A stretch of DNA of 64,000 nt from the NCBI GenBank assembly GCA_017528375.1, contig JAFXOY010000160.1, forward strand, positions 37,398-101,397. Reading direction: 5' to 3'. The stretch is from Clostridia bacterium (GTDB lineage Bacteria > Bacillota > Clostridia > TANB77 > CAG-508). The position numbers were made by a program, and so were the translations under genes. This document shows, one piece after another, positions 33,287-42,220 of this stretch. Below the pieces are notes generated by a model, which saw only the letters and a list, made by a program, of their open reading frames with translations, was not told the origin of the DNA and ran no database searches. How positions within the stretch are numbered: the first letter of the stretch is position 1; each line of letters opens with the position of its first letter.

Positions 33287-35107
33287 CTATTGAGCAGCAT
33301 TTCTTCTTGCTTCTCTTTCTCTTGTCTTACTGTCTAAAATAACCTTACGTAATCTAATGTTTAAAGGTGTAACTTCAACTAATTCATCTTCAGCTATAAA
33401 TTCAATAGCTTTTTCTAATGAGAATTGTAGTGGTGGTACTAAACGAAGTGCATCGTCAGAACCTGAAGCTCTTGTGTTTGTTAAGTGTTTTTCTTTACAT
33501 ACGTTTATTGCAATGTCTTCATTTCTTGAGTTGATACCTACTATCATTCCTTCATAAACTTCAACACCAGCACCAATTAATAATTCTCCTCTTTCTTGAG
33601 CATTATATAATCCATAAGTTACAGATGTTCCTGGTTCAAATGCTACTAGAACACCTCTTGTTCTTGAAGAAATTTCACCTTTGTATGGTTCATAACTATC
33701 AAATATACTGTTCATTGTTCCTTCACCTTTTGTATCTGTTAAGAACTCTGTTCTATATCCAATTAAACCACGTGCAGGAATTCTAAATTCTATTTTTGTG
33801 TGTCCAATTTCAGCAGGTTCCATATTTACCATTTCAGCTTTACGTCTTCCCAATTTTTCAATAACTGTACCAATTGAATCATCTGGAACGTTTACAACTA
33901 ATCTTTCCATTGGTTCACATTTTACACCATCAATTTCTTTGAAGATAACTTTTGGACGAGAAACTAATAATTCAAAACCTTCTCTTCTCATTGTTTCAAT
34001 TAATACTGATAAGTGTAATTCACCACGTCCACATACTTCAAAGCTATCTGCTGACTCTGTTTCTTTAACACGTAAACTTACGTTTCTTTCTAATTCTTTA
34101 AATAATCTATCTCTAATGTGTCTTGATGTAATATATTGCCCTTCTTTACCAGCTAAAGGTCCATTGTTTACACTGAATGTCATAGAAACTGTTGGTTCAT
34201 CAATGTCAACAAATGGGATTTTATCTGGATTATTAATATCACAAATTGTATCGCCGATATTAATATCTGCAATTCCTGATAATGCAACAATATCACCTGC
34301 TTGAGCTTCTTCAACTTCTGTTTTCTTTAATCCAACATAAGTGAATAATTTAGCAATTTTTCCTTGTTGATTTTTATCTTGTTTACAAATTGCTATTGGC
34401 ATACCATTTTTTATTGTTCCTCTTTCGATTCTACCTACAGCAATTCTTCCTAAATAATCATCATAATCAATATTAGATACTAATAATTGAGCAGGACCTT
34501 CCATTTCGCATTTTGGTGGCTCAATTGTATTGATGATTGTATCAAAAATGCAGTGAACATTATCTGTTTCATCTTCTAAATTCATTTTAGCTATACCATT
34601 TTTAGCTGAAGCATAGATTACTGGGAAATCTAATTGTTCATCAGATGCGTCTAATTCGATGAATAATTCAATAACTTGATCTACAACTTTTAATGGGTTA
34701 GCCCCTGGTCTGTCTATTTTATTAATTACAACTATTGGTTTTAAATTAGCAGCTAATGATTTCTTTAATACTTCTCTTGTTTGAGGCATTGGTCCTTCAA
34801 AAGCATCTACTAATAGTAAAACACCATCAACTGTTCTTAAAACCCTTTCAACTTCTCCACCGAAGTCAGCATGCCCTGGAGTATCAACAATGTTGATTTT
34901 AATTCCATTGTACATTACTGATGTATTTTTAGAAAGAATTGTAATTCCTCTTTCTTTTTCCAAATCATTTGAATCCATTACTCTTTCAGCAACTTGTTCA
35001 TTATCTCTAAAGATATGGCTTTGTCTTAATAAAGCATCTACTAGTGTAGTTTTTCCGTGGTCAACGTGTGCAATTATCGCTATGTTTCTTATTTTTTCGT
35101 TTCTCAT
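33287..35107 (-). CDS. typA: translational GTPase TypA/BipA
   Basis: MRNEKIRNIAIIAHVDHGKTTLVDALL...DTPGHADFGGEVER...; 606 aa. Confidence 0.95.
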   Translation of the reverse strand: MRNEKIRNIAIIAHVDHGKTTLVDALLRQSHIFRDNEQVAERVMDSNDLEKERGITILSKNTSVMYNGIKINIVDTPGHADFGGEVERVLRTVDGVLLLVDAFEGPMPQTREVLKKSLAANLKPIVVINKIDRPGANPLKVVDQVIELFIELDASDEQLDFPVIYASAKNGIAKMNLEDETDNVHCIFDTIINTIEPPKCEMEGPAQLLVSNIDYDDYLGRIAVGRIERGTIKNGMPIAICKQDKNQQGKIAKLFTYVGLKKTEVEEAQAGDIVALSGIADINIGDTICDINNPDKIPFVDIDEPTVSMTFSVNNGPLAGKEGQYITSRHIRDRLFKELERNVSLRVKETESADSFEVCGRGELHLSVLIETMRREGFELLVSRPKVIFKEIDGVKCEPMERLVVNVPDDSIGTVIEKLGRRKAEMVNMEPAEIGHTKIEFRIPARGLIGYRTEFLTDTKGEGTMNSIFDSYEPYKGEISSRTRGVLVAFEPGTSVTYGLYNAQERGELLIGAGVEVYEGMIVGINSRNEDIAINVCKEKHLTNTRASGSDDALRLVPPLQFSLEKAIEFIAEDELVEVTPLNIRLRKVILDSKTREREARRNAAQ

Positions 35108-35138
35108 TTTTTTAATCTTCCCTTCTATTTTTTACATT

Positions 35139-35234
35139 TGACACATTTGGGGACGGACTCATTTTGTGTCATTTTTGACACATTCCGGGACGGTCTTGTT
35201 CTTTATAAAAAACAAAGCTGTCCCCAAATGTGTC
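35139..35234. repeat. family A element
   Basis: TGACACATTTGGGGACGGACTCATTTTGTGTCA (self-complementary ends), TTTT, TGACACATTCCGGGACGGTCTT ... GTCCCCAAATGTGTC. Confidence 0.9.
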
Positions 35235-35314
35235 GTTTGTCCATTATAATCCCCTTTATAACATCATATTTGCCAAGCATTGATTTATTATTTATCAATT
35301 ACTTGGCAAGTATT

Positions 35315-36460
35315 TTACACTTCATCAGTGTTATTTGAAACATTTTCAGCAGCATTTTCAGCAGTATTTTCAGCAACATCTTCAATCATTTCATTAGATG
35401 TTCCTTCTAACTCTCTTATTGAAAGTTCTATTTTTTTGTTTTCTAAATCTATGTTGATAATTTTAGCATTAACCTTTTGTCCTACTTTTAGAACTTCTTC
35501 TGGTTTTGCTATTCTTTTTTCACTAATTTGTGATATATGCACTAATCCTTCAACACCTTTGTCTATTTTAACAAATGCACCAAAAGGCATTAAATTTGCA
35601 ACTTTTACTGTTACTATATCATTAACATTATATTTTTCTGCAAATTTATCCCAAGGATTTGCTCCCTTTTTATCATATTCAAGTTTTAATCTTTTATTTT
35701 CTTTATCAAATTCTAAAACTTTAACTTTTATTTCTTGTCCAAGTTTGACAATATCTTCTGGCTTTTTATCTCTTTCCCATGTCATTCCTGATATATGTAA
35801 TAATCCTTGAATTCCATCTATATCAACAAATGCTCCATATGAGCTTAAACTTGTTACAGTTCCTTTATATAATTTACCAACTTCTACATTGTTCCAAAAT
35901 TCTGATTCTTTAGCTTGTTTTTGTTCGTCTAAGATTACTTTTACAGAACCTATAATTTTTCTTGCTTGTTCATTATATTCAATTACTCTAAAAGTAACTT
36001 CTTTTCCTTTATAATTTTCTGGCTTTTCGTCTCTTGGAATTGCTGATAATGAAAGTGGAATGAAAATTCTTATTCCTTTGTAATCAACAATTAATCCATT
36101 ATCATTTACTGATGTTACTTTTTCTGTAAAAACATAGTTATTTTTTACTTTGCTTTCAAAGTCTTGTTTTACAATTTTTGAATTTGCTTTTTTGTATGAT
36201 AAAAGTACATTTCCTAAACCATCATTTAATTTTACTACATCAGCTGTAATTCTATCTCCAACTTTGAACATTTTTGATGGATCATCATCTTCATTGTATG
36301 AAAATTCTGATTTTGGTATAATTCCGTCTGCTTTATATCCTAAATCCACAAAAATCTCTCCTTGTGAATTAATATTAATTATATTTCCTGTTACTGTTTG
36401 TCCTACTTTAATTTCTTTTAATGTTTGATTTAATAATTCTTCAAAACTCATATTATCCAT
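35315..36460 (-). CDS. rpsA: 30S ribosomal protein S1 (four S1 domains)
   Basis: Repeated S1 OB-fold modules (G..V.G.V......G.FV.....GL.HIS). The start at 36460 (MDNMSFEELL) has an AAAGGAAAA SD. Confidence 0.85.
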   Translation of the reverse strand: MDNMSFEELLNQTLKEIKVGQTVTGNIININSQGEIFVDLGYKADGIIPKSEFSYNEDDDPSKMFKVGDRITADVVKLNDGLGNVLLSYKKANSKIVKQDFESKVKNNYVFTEKVTSVNDNGLIVDYKGIRIFIPLSLSAIPRDEKPENYKGKEVTFRVIEYNEQARKIIGSVKVILDEQKQAKESEFWNNVEVGKLYKGTVTSLSSYGAFVDIDGIQGLLHISGMTWERDKKPEDIVKLGQEIKVKVLEFDKENKRLKLEYDKKGANPWDKFAEKYNVNDIVTVKVANLMPFGAFVKIDKGVEGLVHISQISEKRIAKPEEVLKVGQKVNAKIINIDLENKKIELSIRELEGTSNEMIEDVAENTAENAAENVSNNTDEV

Positions 36461-36520
36461 TTTAATTTTCCTTTCGGTATGCTTTATTTTAAGACATATT
36501 ATATAGTTCAATATTATATA

Positions 36521-37840
36521 TTATTTATTTTTATTTGTCAACATAATGATATTATCCATTATTTCCTTTGTTGCTTGTTCTTGGCCTTCTTTTTCTTGAC
36601 CTTTTACCTTGTATTTTGATAAGTCTATTGGTTCACCATAAGTTATATAGAACTTACTGAATGGTTTGAATGTTCCAGAAATTCCAACTGGTACAACAGG
36701 AACGCCTGATCTAATTGCCATAAAAGCAGCTCCATTTTTAACTTTTTGATTCTTTTCCATTCCTCTTCTTGTTCCTTCTGGGAATATTCCTAGAATTTCT
36801 TTGTTTTTTAATGCTTTCAAGCATCTTTTCATAGCTTCTAGATCTTGTGTATTTCTTTTAATTGGAATAACGTCAAATAGATGCTCAAGCCATCTGATAA
36901 TTCCAACTCTTGCTAAATCATATTTACCAATGAATCTTATCTTCTCTTTACTGAAAACAACAACTGCAACAGCATCTAAGAAATTAACGTGATTTGCACA
37001 TATTATATAACCACCATTTTCTGCTGCTTTTGTTTTATTTTCTTCCCCTGAAATTCTCATTCTGAAAGCAATTCTATAAAGTGTTCTTAAGAATCCTTTT
37101 GTAATTGTTCTTACAAAAATTTTCCATTTAGTCTCAGGTCTTTCTCTATAAATTTCTGGTTCAAGTTTTTTTACTTTTTGAGCCCTTTTTATTATTTTTT
37201 CAATTTCTTTTATAGTTTGCTTTTGAGTTAAATGAGTTGAATCAACTAATATTGCATCATCAGCCTTTTTCAATGCACCAAATGGTTTATTCATATCATT
37301 TTCGTCTCTTTTTTTCATTTCTTCAAGAACTTCTTCAAAATTACACTCTATATTTTTAGATTGATTTTGAGCAAATCTTCTCTTTGCTCTTTCTTCTACA
37401 TCTGCATCTAAATAAATTTTGACATCGGCATTTGGAAATACAACTGTTGTTATATCTCTTCCTTCCATAATTATATCTTGTGTTTCCGCCATTTTTCTCT
37501 GTAATTCAACAAGTTTTTCTCTAACTTCTCTAATTGCAGATACTTGAGAAACGATTTTATTTACAGGATTATCTCTTATTTCCTTTGATACATCTTCTCC
37601 ATTTAGTTTTACAATTAAATTATCTTTTTCTTTTAATAATTCAATATTAACAGTTTCTAAAACTTCCTTAACTTTTTCTGTATCGTTGATATCAACGTTG
37701 TTTCTTAAGCATGCTAATGCAACACATCTGTACATTGCACCTGTATCAATACTGTTTAGTTTCATTTTCTTTGCTATTATTGATGTTACTGTACCTTTTC
37801 CACTTCCTGCAGGTCCATCTATTGCAACTATAAATCCCAT
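36521..37840 (-). CDS. cmk: in-frame fusion: cytidylate kinase (N) + 1-acyl-sn-glycerol-3-phosphate acyltransferase (C)
   Basis: N-terminal IVAIDGPAGSGKGTV...IDTGAMYR...EGRDITTVVFP (Cmk, about 218 aa). C-terminal ANHVNFLDAV (HX4D) ... GIFPEGTRR (PlsC motifs). A single 439-aa ORF. Confidence 0.8.
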   Translation of the reverse strand: MGFIVAIDGPAGSGKGTVTSIIAKKMKLNSIDTGAMYRCVALACLRNNVDINDTEKVKEVLETVNIELLKEKDNLIVKLNGEDVSKEIRDNPVNKIVSQVSAIREVREKLVELQRKMAETQDIIMEGRDITTVVFPNADVKIYLDADVEERAKRRFAQNQSKNIECNFEEVLEEMKKRDENDMNKPFGALKKADDAILVDSTHLTQKQTIKEIEKIIKRAQKVKKLEPEIYRERPETKWKIFVRTITKGFLRTLYRIAFRMRISGEENKTKAAENGGYIICANHVNFLDAVAVVVFSKEKIRFIGKYDLARVGIIRWLEHLFDVIPIKRNTQDLEAMKRCLKALKNKEILGIFPEGTRRGMEKNQKVKNGAAFMAIRSGVPVVPVGISGTFKPFSKFYITYGEPIDLSKYKVKGQEKEGQEQATKEIMDNIIMLTNKNK

Positions 37841-37861
37841 TTTAATTCCTCGCTTTCACAT

Positions 37862-38710
37862 TTATAATCTGGTTAAATCTTTTGGCATATTTATTCCCTT
37901 TGCCATTACATCTATCTTTGAAACGTTCATAGCTGTAAGTCTTTCAATTTCCTTCTTTGATCTTATTTGAAAATCTTGTAAAATATCAACAATCTTTTTT
38001 CCGTAATTTACAATAACTTCCATGTAAATTTCAGTTCCCTGTTCTCCTGTATTTACTCTTGTTCTTGTGACTTTGTAAATTGATGGTTCTTTGTTGGCTA
38101 AATACTCAATTATCTGTTTAAACACATTGTCTGAAATAGTAAAATTACCCATATAACTAAATGTTGGTCTAATAATTGATTTTTCAGCCATATATGGAGC
38201 TTTGCCTCTTCCTGTTGATTTAAATATTTGCAACGGATCTAAAAGATATCCTGAAAACTCTTTCTTTATTTCAAACGTTGGAACTGGAATTACGTGTTTT
38301 CCTTCTGTAACACGAATTCTTCTCGCATTTTCCATTTCTTCCTCTGTAGCCACATCATTAATATAAACTGTTTTGCTTATTTCAGGCAAACCTAAATTAG
38401 CTGCAATTTTTGCAACCATTCCATCAGAAGTCCCTAAAATCAAAATTGCATCAGGATTAAATCTTACAAAAGCTTCCTGCATCTCTCTTTTTTCATTTTC
38501 TTCATAAAACAACGCATGTTTTACTGTTTCAACTTTTGTAGGAGCTTTTTTTGCTGATGTACCTGCCACAACCGCATTACCTTTTATAAGTAACCCATCA
38601 TCTATAATAAATTCTATGTTATTTTCTCCCGCAACCATCTGTGCTCTGTAACTTTTTCCTGTACCTGAAGGTCCAACAAAAGCACATACTCTAATATTGC
38701 TAAAATCCAT
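37862..38710 (-). CDS. P-loop (GPSGTGKS) N-terminal domain fused to an Asp23/Gls24-like C-terminal domain
   Basis: 282 aa. Walker A VGPSGTGKS at the N-terminus. The C-terminal about 110 aa (...ISDNVFKQIIEYLANKEPSIYKV..V......IYMEVIVNYG..I.....IQ..) resembles the alkaline-shock Asp23 family. Confidence 0.5.
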   Translation of the reverse strand: MDFSNIRVCAFVGPSGTGKSYRAQMVAGENNIEFIIDDGLLIKGNAVVAGTSAKKAPTKVETVKHALFYEENEKREMQEAFVRFNPDAILILGTSDGMVAKIAANLGLPEISKTVYINDVATEEEMENARRIRVTEGKHVIPVPTFEIKKEFSGYLLDPLQIFKSTGRGKAPYMAEKSIIRPTFSYMGNFTISDNVFKQIIEYLANKEPSIYKVTRTRVNTGEQGTEIYMEVIVNYGKKIVDILQDFQIRSKKEIERLTAMNVSKIDVMAKGINMPKDLTRL

Positions 38711-38786
38711 AAAAATTTTCCTTCCTTTTTGGCATAATTTAACAAGGTTATTATATCACTTCCAGAGGTGAAAAAGCAAGACGTTT

Positions 38787-38863
38787 TGAAACATTTGACA
38801 CATTTGACACATTTGGGGACGGACTCATTTTGGGACATTTTTGACACATTTAGGGACGGTCTT
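38787..38863. repeat. family A cluster (forward-orientation units) 3' of the transposase gene
   Basis: TGAAACATTTGACACATT, TGACACATTTGGGGACGGACTCATTTTGGGACA, TTTT, TGACACATTTAGGGACGGTCTTC. It lies 29 nt beyond the stop at 38893. Confidence 0.9.
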
Positions 38864-38892
38864 CAGACTTTTTTAATTTTCTTAAAACTTGG

Positions 38893-39642
38893 TTAATCAA
38901 GATTATTCATAATTCTATACAAAGTTTTTCTGCTTATTCCAAGCAAATCAGCTATTTCATTATAGCTTAATTTTGATTTTTCTTTTAGTAAAATTGCTAA
39001 TTCTTTTACATGTTTTTTACTAATAATTTCTTTAATGTTTTCAATATTATTGACTTTTAAATAACTTTTAATTACTTTTTGTGGAGAAATTCCGCGAAAG
39101 CTGTAGAAATCCAAATTCTTTGACTTAATAAAAATATTTTTGAATTGTTCTAAATCTAGATTTAATAGTTCTAAAACTTTAGATTTTAAAATATAACTAT
39201 CTGATAAAAAAGCATTGTAACTTGAGTATTTATATTGTTCAGGCTTATCAACAATTTTAGCCTTCACTGGATTATTATGTACATAAATTATGCAAGAATA
39301 CAAGTAATGAAAATCAAATATTTGCTCACTTTTATATCTATCACGAAAAACATACCCTACTCTTTCTTTTTTATTGTTGTACCATTTGGCATAAGCTGTA
39401 TTAATTTTTTTCATAAACATAGATAATTCATCAACTTCCTTGTAATAGATAACCAAATGAACGTGATTATCCATGATACAATAAGAAATTAAATTAATAT
39501 TAAAATCACTTTTTTTCTTTTGCAATAAATCCCAGTATTTCTTTTTGCATGAATCATCTTGGAAAATATACTCTTTGTTTATGCCTTGAGCCATTATATG
39601 CACATAATTTGACACTAAATCTTTTCTAGCATGTCGTGGCAT
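38893..39642 (-). CDS. IS200-like HUH/Y1 tyrosine transposase of the REP-associated (RAYT/COG1943) type, with C-terminal HTH
   Basis: GGAGG + 8 nt then ATG 39642. MPRHARKDLVSNYVHIMAQGINKEYIF..., HUH motif in CIMDNHVHLVIY, Tyr region GYVFRDRYKSEQI, YVHNNPVKAKIV, C-terminal LSYNEIADLLGISRKTLYRI. 249 aa. Confidence 0.8.
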   Translation of the reverse strand: MPRHARKDLVSNYVHIMAQGINKEYIFQDDSCKKKYWDLLQKKKSDFNINLISYCIMDNHVHLVIYYKEVDELSMFMKKINTAYAKWYNNKKERVGYVFRDRYKSEQIFDFHYLYSCIIYVHNNPVKAKIVDKPEQYKYSSYNAFLSDSYILKSKVLELLNLDLEQFKNIFIKSKNLDFYSFRGISPQKVIKSYLKVNNIENIKEIISKKHVKELAILLKEKSKLSYNEIADLLGISRKTLYRIMNNLD

Positions 39643-39684
39643 ACTTTTCACCTCCTCTTTAATATATTTTTGATGAACATCCCT

Positions 39685-39712
39685 ATTATATAACGATTTT
39701 TACATTTTTCAA
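39685..39712 (-). promoter_or_regulatory. possible promoter of the transposase gene
   Basis: Minus strand TTGAAA (39712-39707), 16 nt, TATAAT (39690-39685). Confidence 0.45.
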
Positions 39713-39768
39713 GTAATATTTTTATTCTTCAATCATAAAAATATATTATCGTTTAATTGAAATCGTAC

Positions 39769-39873
39769 AAGACCGTCCCTTTTTGGGACATTTTTGACAC
39801 ATTTTGAGTCCGTCCCAAAATGTATCAAAAATGTCCCAAATTGAGTCCGTCCCCAAATGTGTCAAACGTTTCA
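39769..39873. repeat. family A cluster (three reverse-orientation units) 5' of the transposase gene
   Basis: AAGACCGTCCCTTTTTGGGACA, TTTT, TGACACATTTTGAGTCCGTCCCAAAATGTATCA, AAAA, TGTCCCAAATTGAGTCCGTCCCCAAATGTGTCA, AACGTTTCA. It ends 13 nt before the asd start. Confidence 0.9.
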
Positions 39874-39886
39874 AAAGGAGGTTTTT

Positions 39887-40897
39887 ATGAAAAATTATAA
39901 ATTAGCTGTAGTTGGTGCTACAGGTGTTGTTGGTCAAAAGATGATTGAAGTTTTGCAAGAGAAAAATTTACCTATTAGCGAATATGTATTTTTTGCTTCA
40001 AAAAGATCTGCTGGTAAAACTTTAAGATTTGGTAATGATGTTTATGTTGTAAAAGAACTAACTAATGATTCTTTAAAAGATAACTTTGATTTTGCACTAT
40101 TTTCTGCTGGTGGTGATACCTCACTAAAATATGCGCCCATTGCTGTTGAACACGGTTGTATTGTTATTGATAATAGCAGTGCTTTTAGAATGGATAATAC
40201 AGTTCCATTGGTCGTTCCTGAAGTAAATCCTGATGATATAAAATGGCATACAGGAATTATTGCTAATCCAAATTGTTCTACTATTCAAGCTGTGTGTGCT
40301 CTAAAGCCTTTGAATGATGCTTTTGGAATTAAAAGGATTGTGTACTCTACTTATCAGGCTGTTTCTGGAGCTGGATCTAAGGGAATTCATGATTTGGAAA
40401 ATGGAATACAAAATTACATTGAAGATGATGATACTACTACCTATTATTTAGAAAAATTTAAATATCCTATTTTTAATAATTGTTTGCCACATATTGATAA
40501 ATTTTTAGAAAACGGATATACCAAGGAAGAAGAAAAAATGATTAATGAAACCAGAAAAATTCTAGGAAAGCCTAATTTAGCTATAACCGCCACAACTGTG
40601 AGAGTTCCTGTTTTCAATTGTCATTGTGAAAGTATAAATATTGAGTTTGAAAAATCATTTGAAATTGAGAAAGTTTTAGATATTTTGAAGAATGCTCCTG
40701 GAATTATTGTTCAAGATTCGTCTAAAGACGAAATTTATGCAATTCCTACTACAGTGACTGGACATGACGAGGTATTTGTAAGTAGAATCAGGCGTGATTT
40801 TAGTGTTAATAATGGTTTGAATCTATGGGTTGTTGCTGATAACATTAGAAAAGGGGCAGCTAGTAATGCTGTTCAAATTTTAGAAAAACTGCTTTAG
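39887..40897 (+). CDS. asd: aspartate-semialdehyde dehydrogenase
   Basis: AAGGAGG then ATG 39887. MKNYKLAVVGATGVVGQ..., active-site IANPNCSTI, SGAG. The ORF-track start at 39857 lies in the repeat and is rejected. Confidence 0.9.
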   Translation: MKNYKLAVVGATGVVGQKMIEVLQEKNLPISEYVFFASKRSAGKTLRFGNDVYVVKELTNDSLKDNFDFALFSAGGDTSLKYAPIAVEHGCIVIDNSSAFRMDNTVPLVVPEVNPDDIKWHTGIIANPNCSTIQAVCALKPLNDAFGIKRIVYSTYQAVSGAGSKGIHDLENGIQNYIEDDDTTTYYLEKFKYPIFNNCLPHIDKFLENGYTKEEEKMINETRKILGKPNLAITATTVRVPVFNCHCESINIEFEKSFEIEKVLDILKNAPGIIVQDSSKDEIYAIPTTVTGHDEVFVSRIRRDFSVNNGLNLWVVADNIRKGAASNAVQILEKLL

Positions 40898-40898
40898 C

Positions 40899-41014
40899 GA
40901 AACATCTTTGGACGGTCTTAATTTGTTTCAAAAATGGAAAAAATTAAGACCGTCCCCAAATGGGTCAAAAATGTCCCAAAATGAGTCCGTCCCCAATTGT
41001 GTCAAAACGTTTCA
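40899..41014. repeat. family A element filling the asd / 41012-gene spacer
   Basis: GAAACATCTTTGGACGGTCTTAATTTGTTTCA...AATTAAGACCGTCCCCAAATGGGTCA, AAAA, TGTCCCAAAATGAGTCCGTCCCCAATTGTGTCA, AAACGTTTCA. It starts 1 nt after the asd stop. Its last TCA is the stop codon of the convergent gene. Confidence 0.9.
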
Positions 41015-41713
41015 AATCATTGCAACAATGCAGAAAAATATTATCTTTGTTAAATAACCAAATAATAAATTAAAGTTATATAATTTAACTCCGTTCTCGT
41101 TTATTCTATCATAATTATTAACAATAATTTCAATATTTTCCTTGCTTATTAAATCTGATTTTGTTTCCATATATTCTTTTGCAACATATCTTGCCCTTGT
41201 CATTGCATCAGTTTCTAAATATGATCTAACTATGTATAAAATTGCTGACATAGTAACTAAAATAATTGCTAATATGTTTGGAAATGGTATTTTATTGAAA
41301 AACGTTAATGCAGTTGCTATTAGGAAATACAATAAATATATATTTGAAAAGATAAAATTAAACCATAATAGCCTTTTGTCTTGAATTGAATGTATGCATT
41401 CGTGAGCTATAGTTTGAATACGTGTGAAAGTCTCTTTTATGTTTGCTATTACTATACTATTCGTAGCAACTATATATAGACTTGTTTTGGAATCATCTGC
41501 TCCATGTTTTATTTTTACATTCTTATTTCCGAGCATGGATAATATATCTTTACAAACCTGCTCGTTATCTGGCAAAACATTGGTTATTTCGTTTAATTCT
41601 TTATCTTCCCCTAATTTTTTTATTGTCATAAGATTTTTCCAACTTACTTTAAACAATATTAAGAATAGTATAAAAACTATTATTGATAATATTAATATAA
41701 CAACTATATCCAT
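41012..41713 (-). CDS. membrane protein with HExxH motif (putative zinc metalloprotease)
   Basis: 233 aa with an N-terminal TM helix, AHECIHSIQD (HExxH), and three C-terminal TM helices. GGAGG SD. Confidence 0.5.
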   Translation of the reverse strand: MDIVVILILSIIVFILFLILFKVSWKNLMTIKKLGEDKELNEITNVLPDNEQVCKDILSMLGNKNVKIKHGADDSKTSLYIVATNSIVIANIKETFTRIQTIAHECIHSIQDKRLLWFNFIFSNIYLLYFLIATALTFFNKIPFPNILAIILVTMSAILYIVRSYLETDAMTRARYVAKEYMETKSDLISKENIEIIVNNYDRINENGVKLYNFNLLFGYLTKIIFFCIVAMI

Positions 41714-41774
41714 TCAAAACCTCCTTGCTAATAATGTAAAATAAGCGAAGATTAAAACACCTTCGCTTATTTAT

Positions 41775-42107
41775 CTACAAAACATCCTTAATTGCCTCTG
41801 CAATAATCTTATTAACATCAGCAACCATAACATTAAACTTCACTTCTAAATCAAAATATTCCTTAATTTCTTTATTCTCAACCAAAATAGTATACAGTTG
41901 TTGCAATTTTTGCATTTTTTCAGAGTCACCCTCACCTTTTTGAATTGCTAAAACTTGTGATTCATATCTAATTTTTTCAAACTCTTCTATTTTCTCTTTC
42001 ATTTCTTGGTTTTGCATTACTTTTTCTTTTGCTTCTTTGTAAGCTTTGTACTCTTCTGAGTTTTTCATTTCAAAAGCTAATTTGTTAGCTGTATCATATA
42101 CATTCAT
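41775..42107 (-). CDS. ylbF: YlbF/YmcA-family regulator
   Basis: MNVYDTANKLAFEMKNSEEYKAYKEAKEKV...; about 110 aa, helical. The ATG at 42107 has better SD spacing. Confidence 0.7.
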   Translation of the reverse strand: MNVYDTANKLAFEMKNSEEYKAYKEAKEKVMQNQEMKEKIEEFEKIRYESQVLAIQKGEGDSEKMQKLQQLYTILVENKEIKEYFDLEVKFNVMVADVNKIIAEAIKDVL

Positions 42108-42132
42108 TTTCATTTCCTCCTATTTATAAATT

Positions 42133-42220
42133 TGAAACATTTTAAGACCGTCCCTAAATGTGTCATTTTTGACACAAAATAAGACCGTCCCCAAATGTGT
42201 CAAATGTGTCACAAATGTCA
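42133..42220. repeat. family A element
   Basis: TGAAACATTTTAAGACCGTCCCTAAATGTGTCA, TTTT, TGACACAAAATAAGACCGTCCCCAAATGTGTCA, AATGTGTCACAAATGTCA. Its final TCA (42218-42220) is the stop codon of the GT4 gene. Confidence 0.9.

Larger units (their letters stand above)
38787..39873 (-). mobile_element. REPtron-like unit: RAYT-type gene bracketed by inverted clusters of family A repeats
   Basis: Forward units lie at the low-coordinate flank and reverse units at the high-coordinate flank of a single HUH/Y1 gene. The same units are dispersed at 12 or more other intergenic sites in the window. Confidence 0.65.

Noticed and set aside
38787-39873. Could the short repeats be a CRISPR array or CRISPR remnants?
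   Set aside because: There are no regularly spaced identical direct repeats separated by unique spacers. The units are palindromic, occur in both orientations, are separated by only TTT/TTTT, and are dispersed over the whole window. No cas genes are present.
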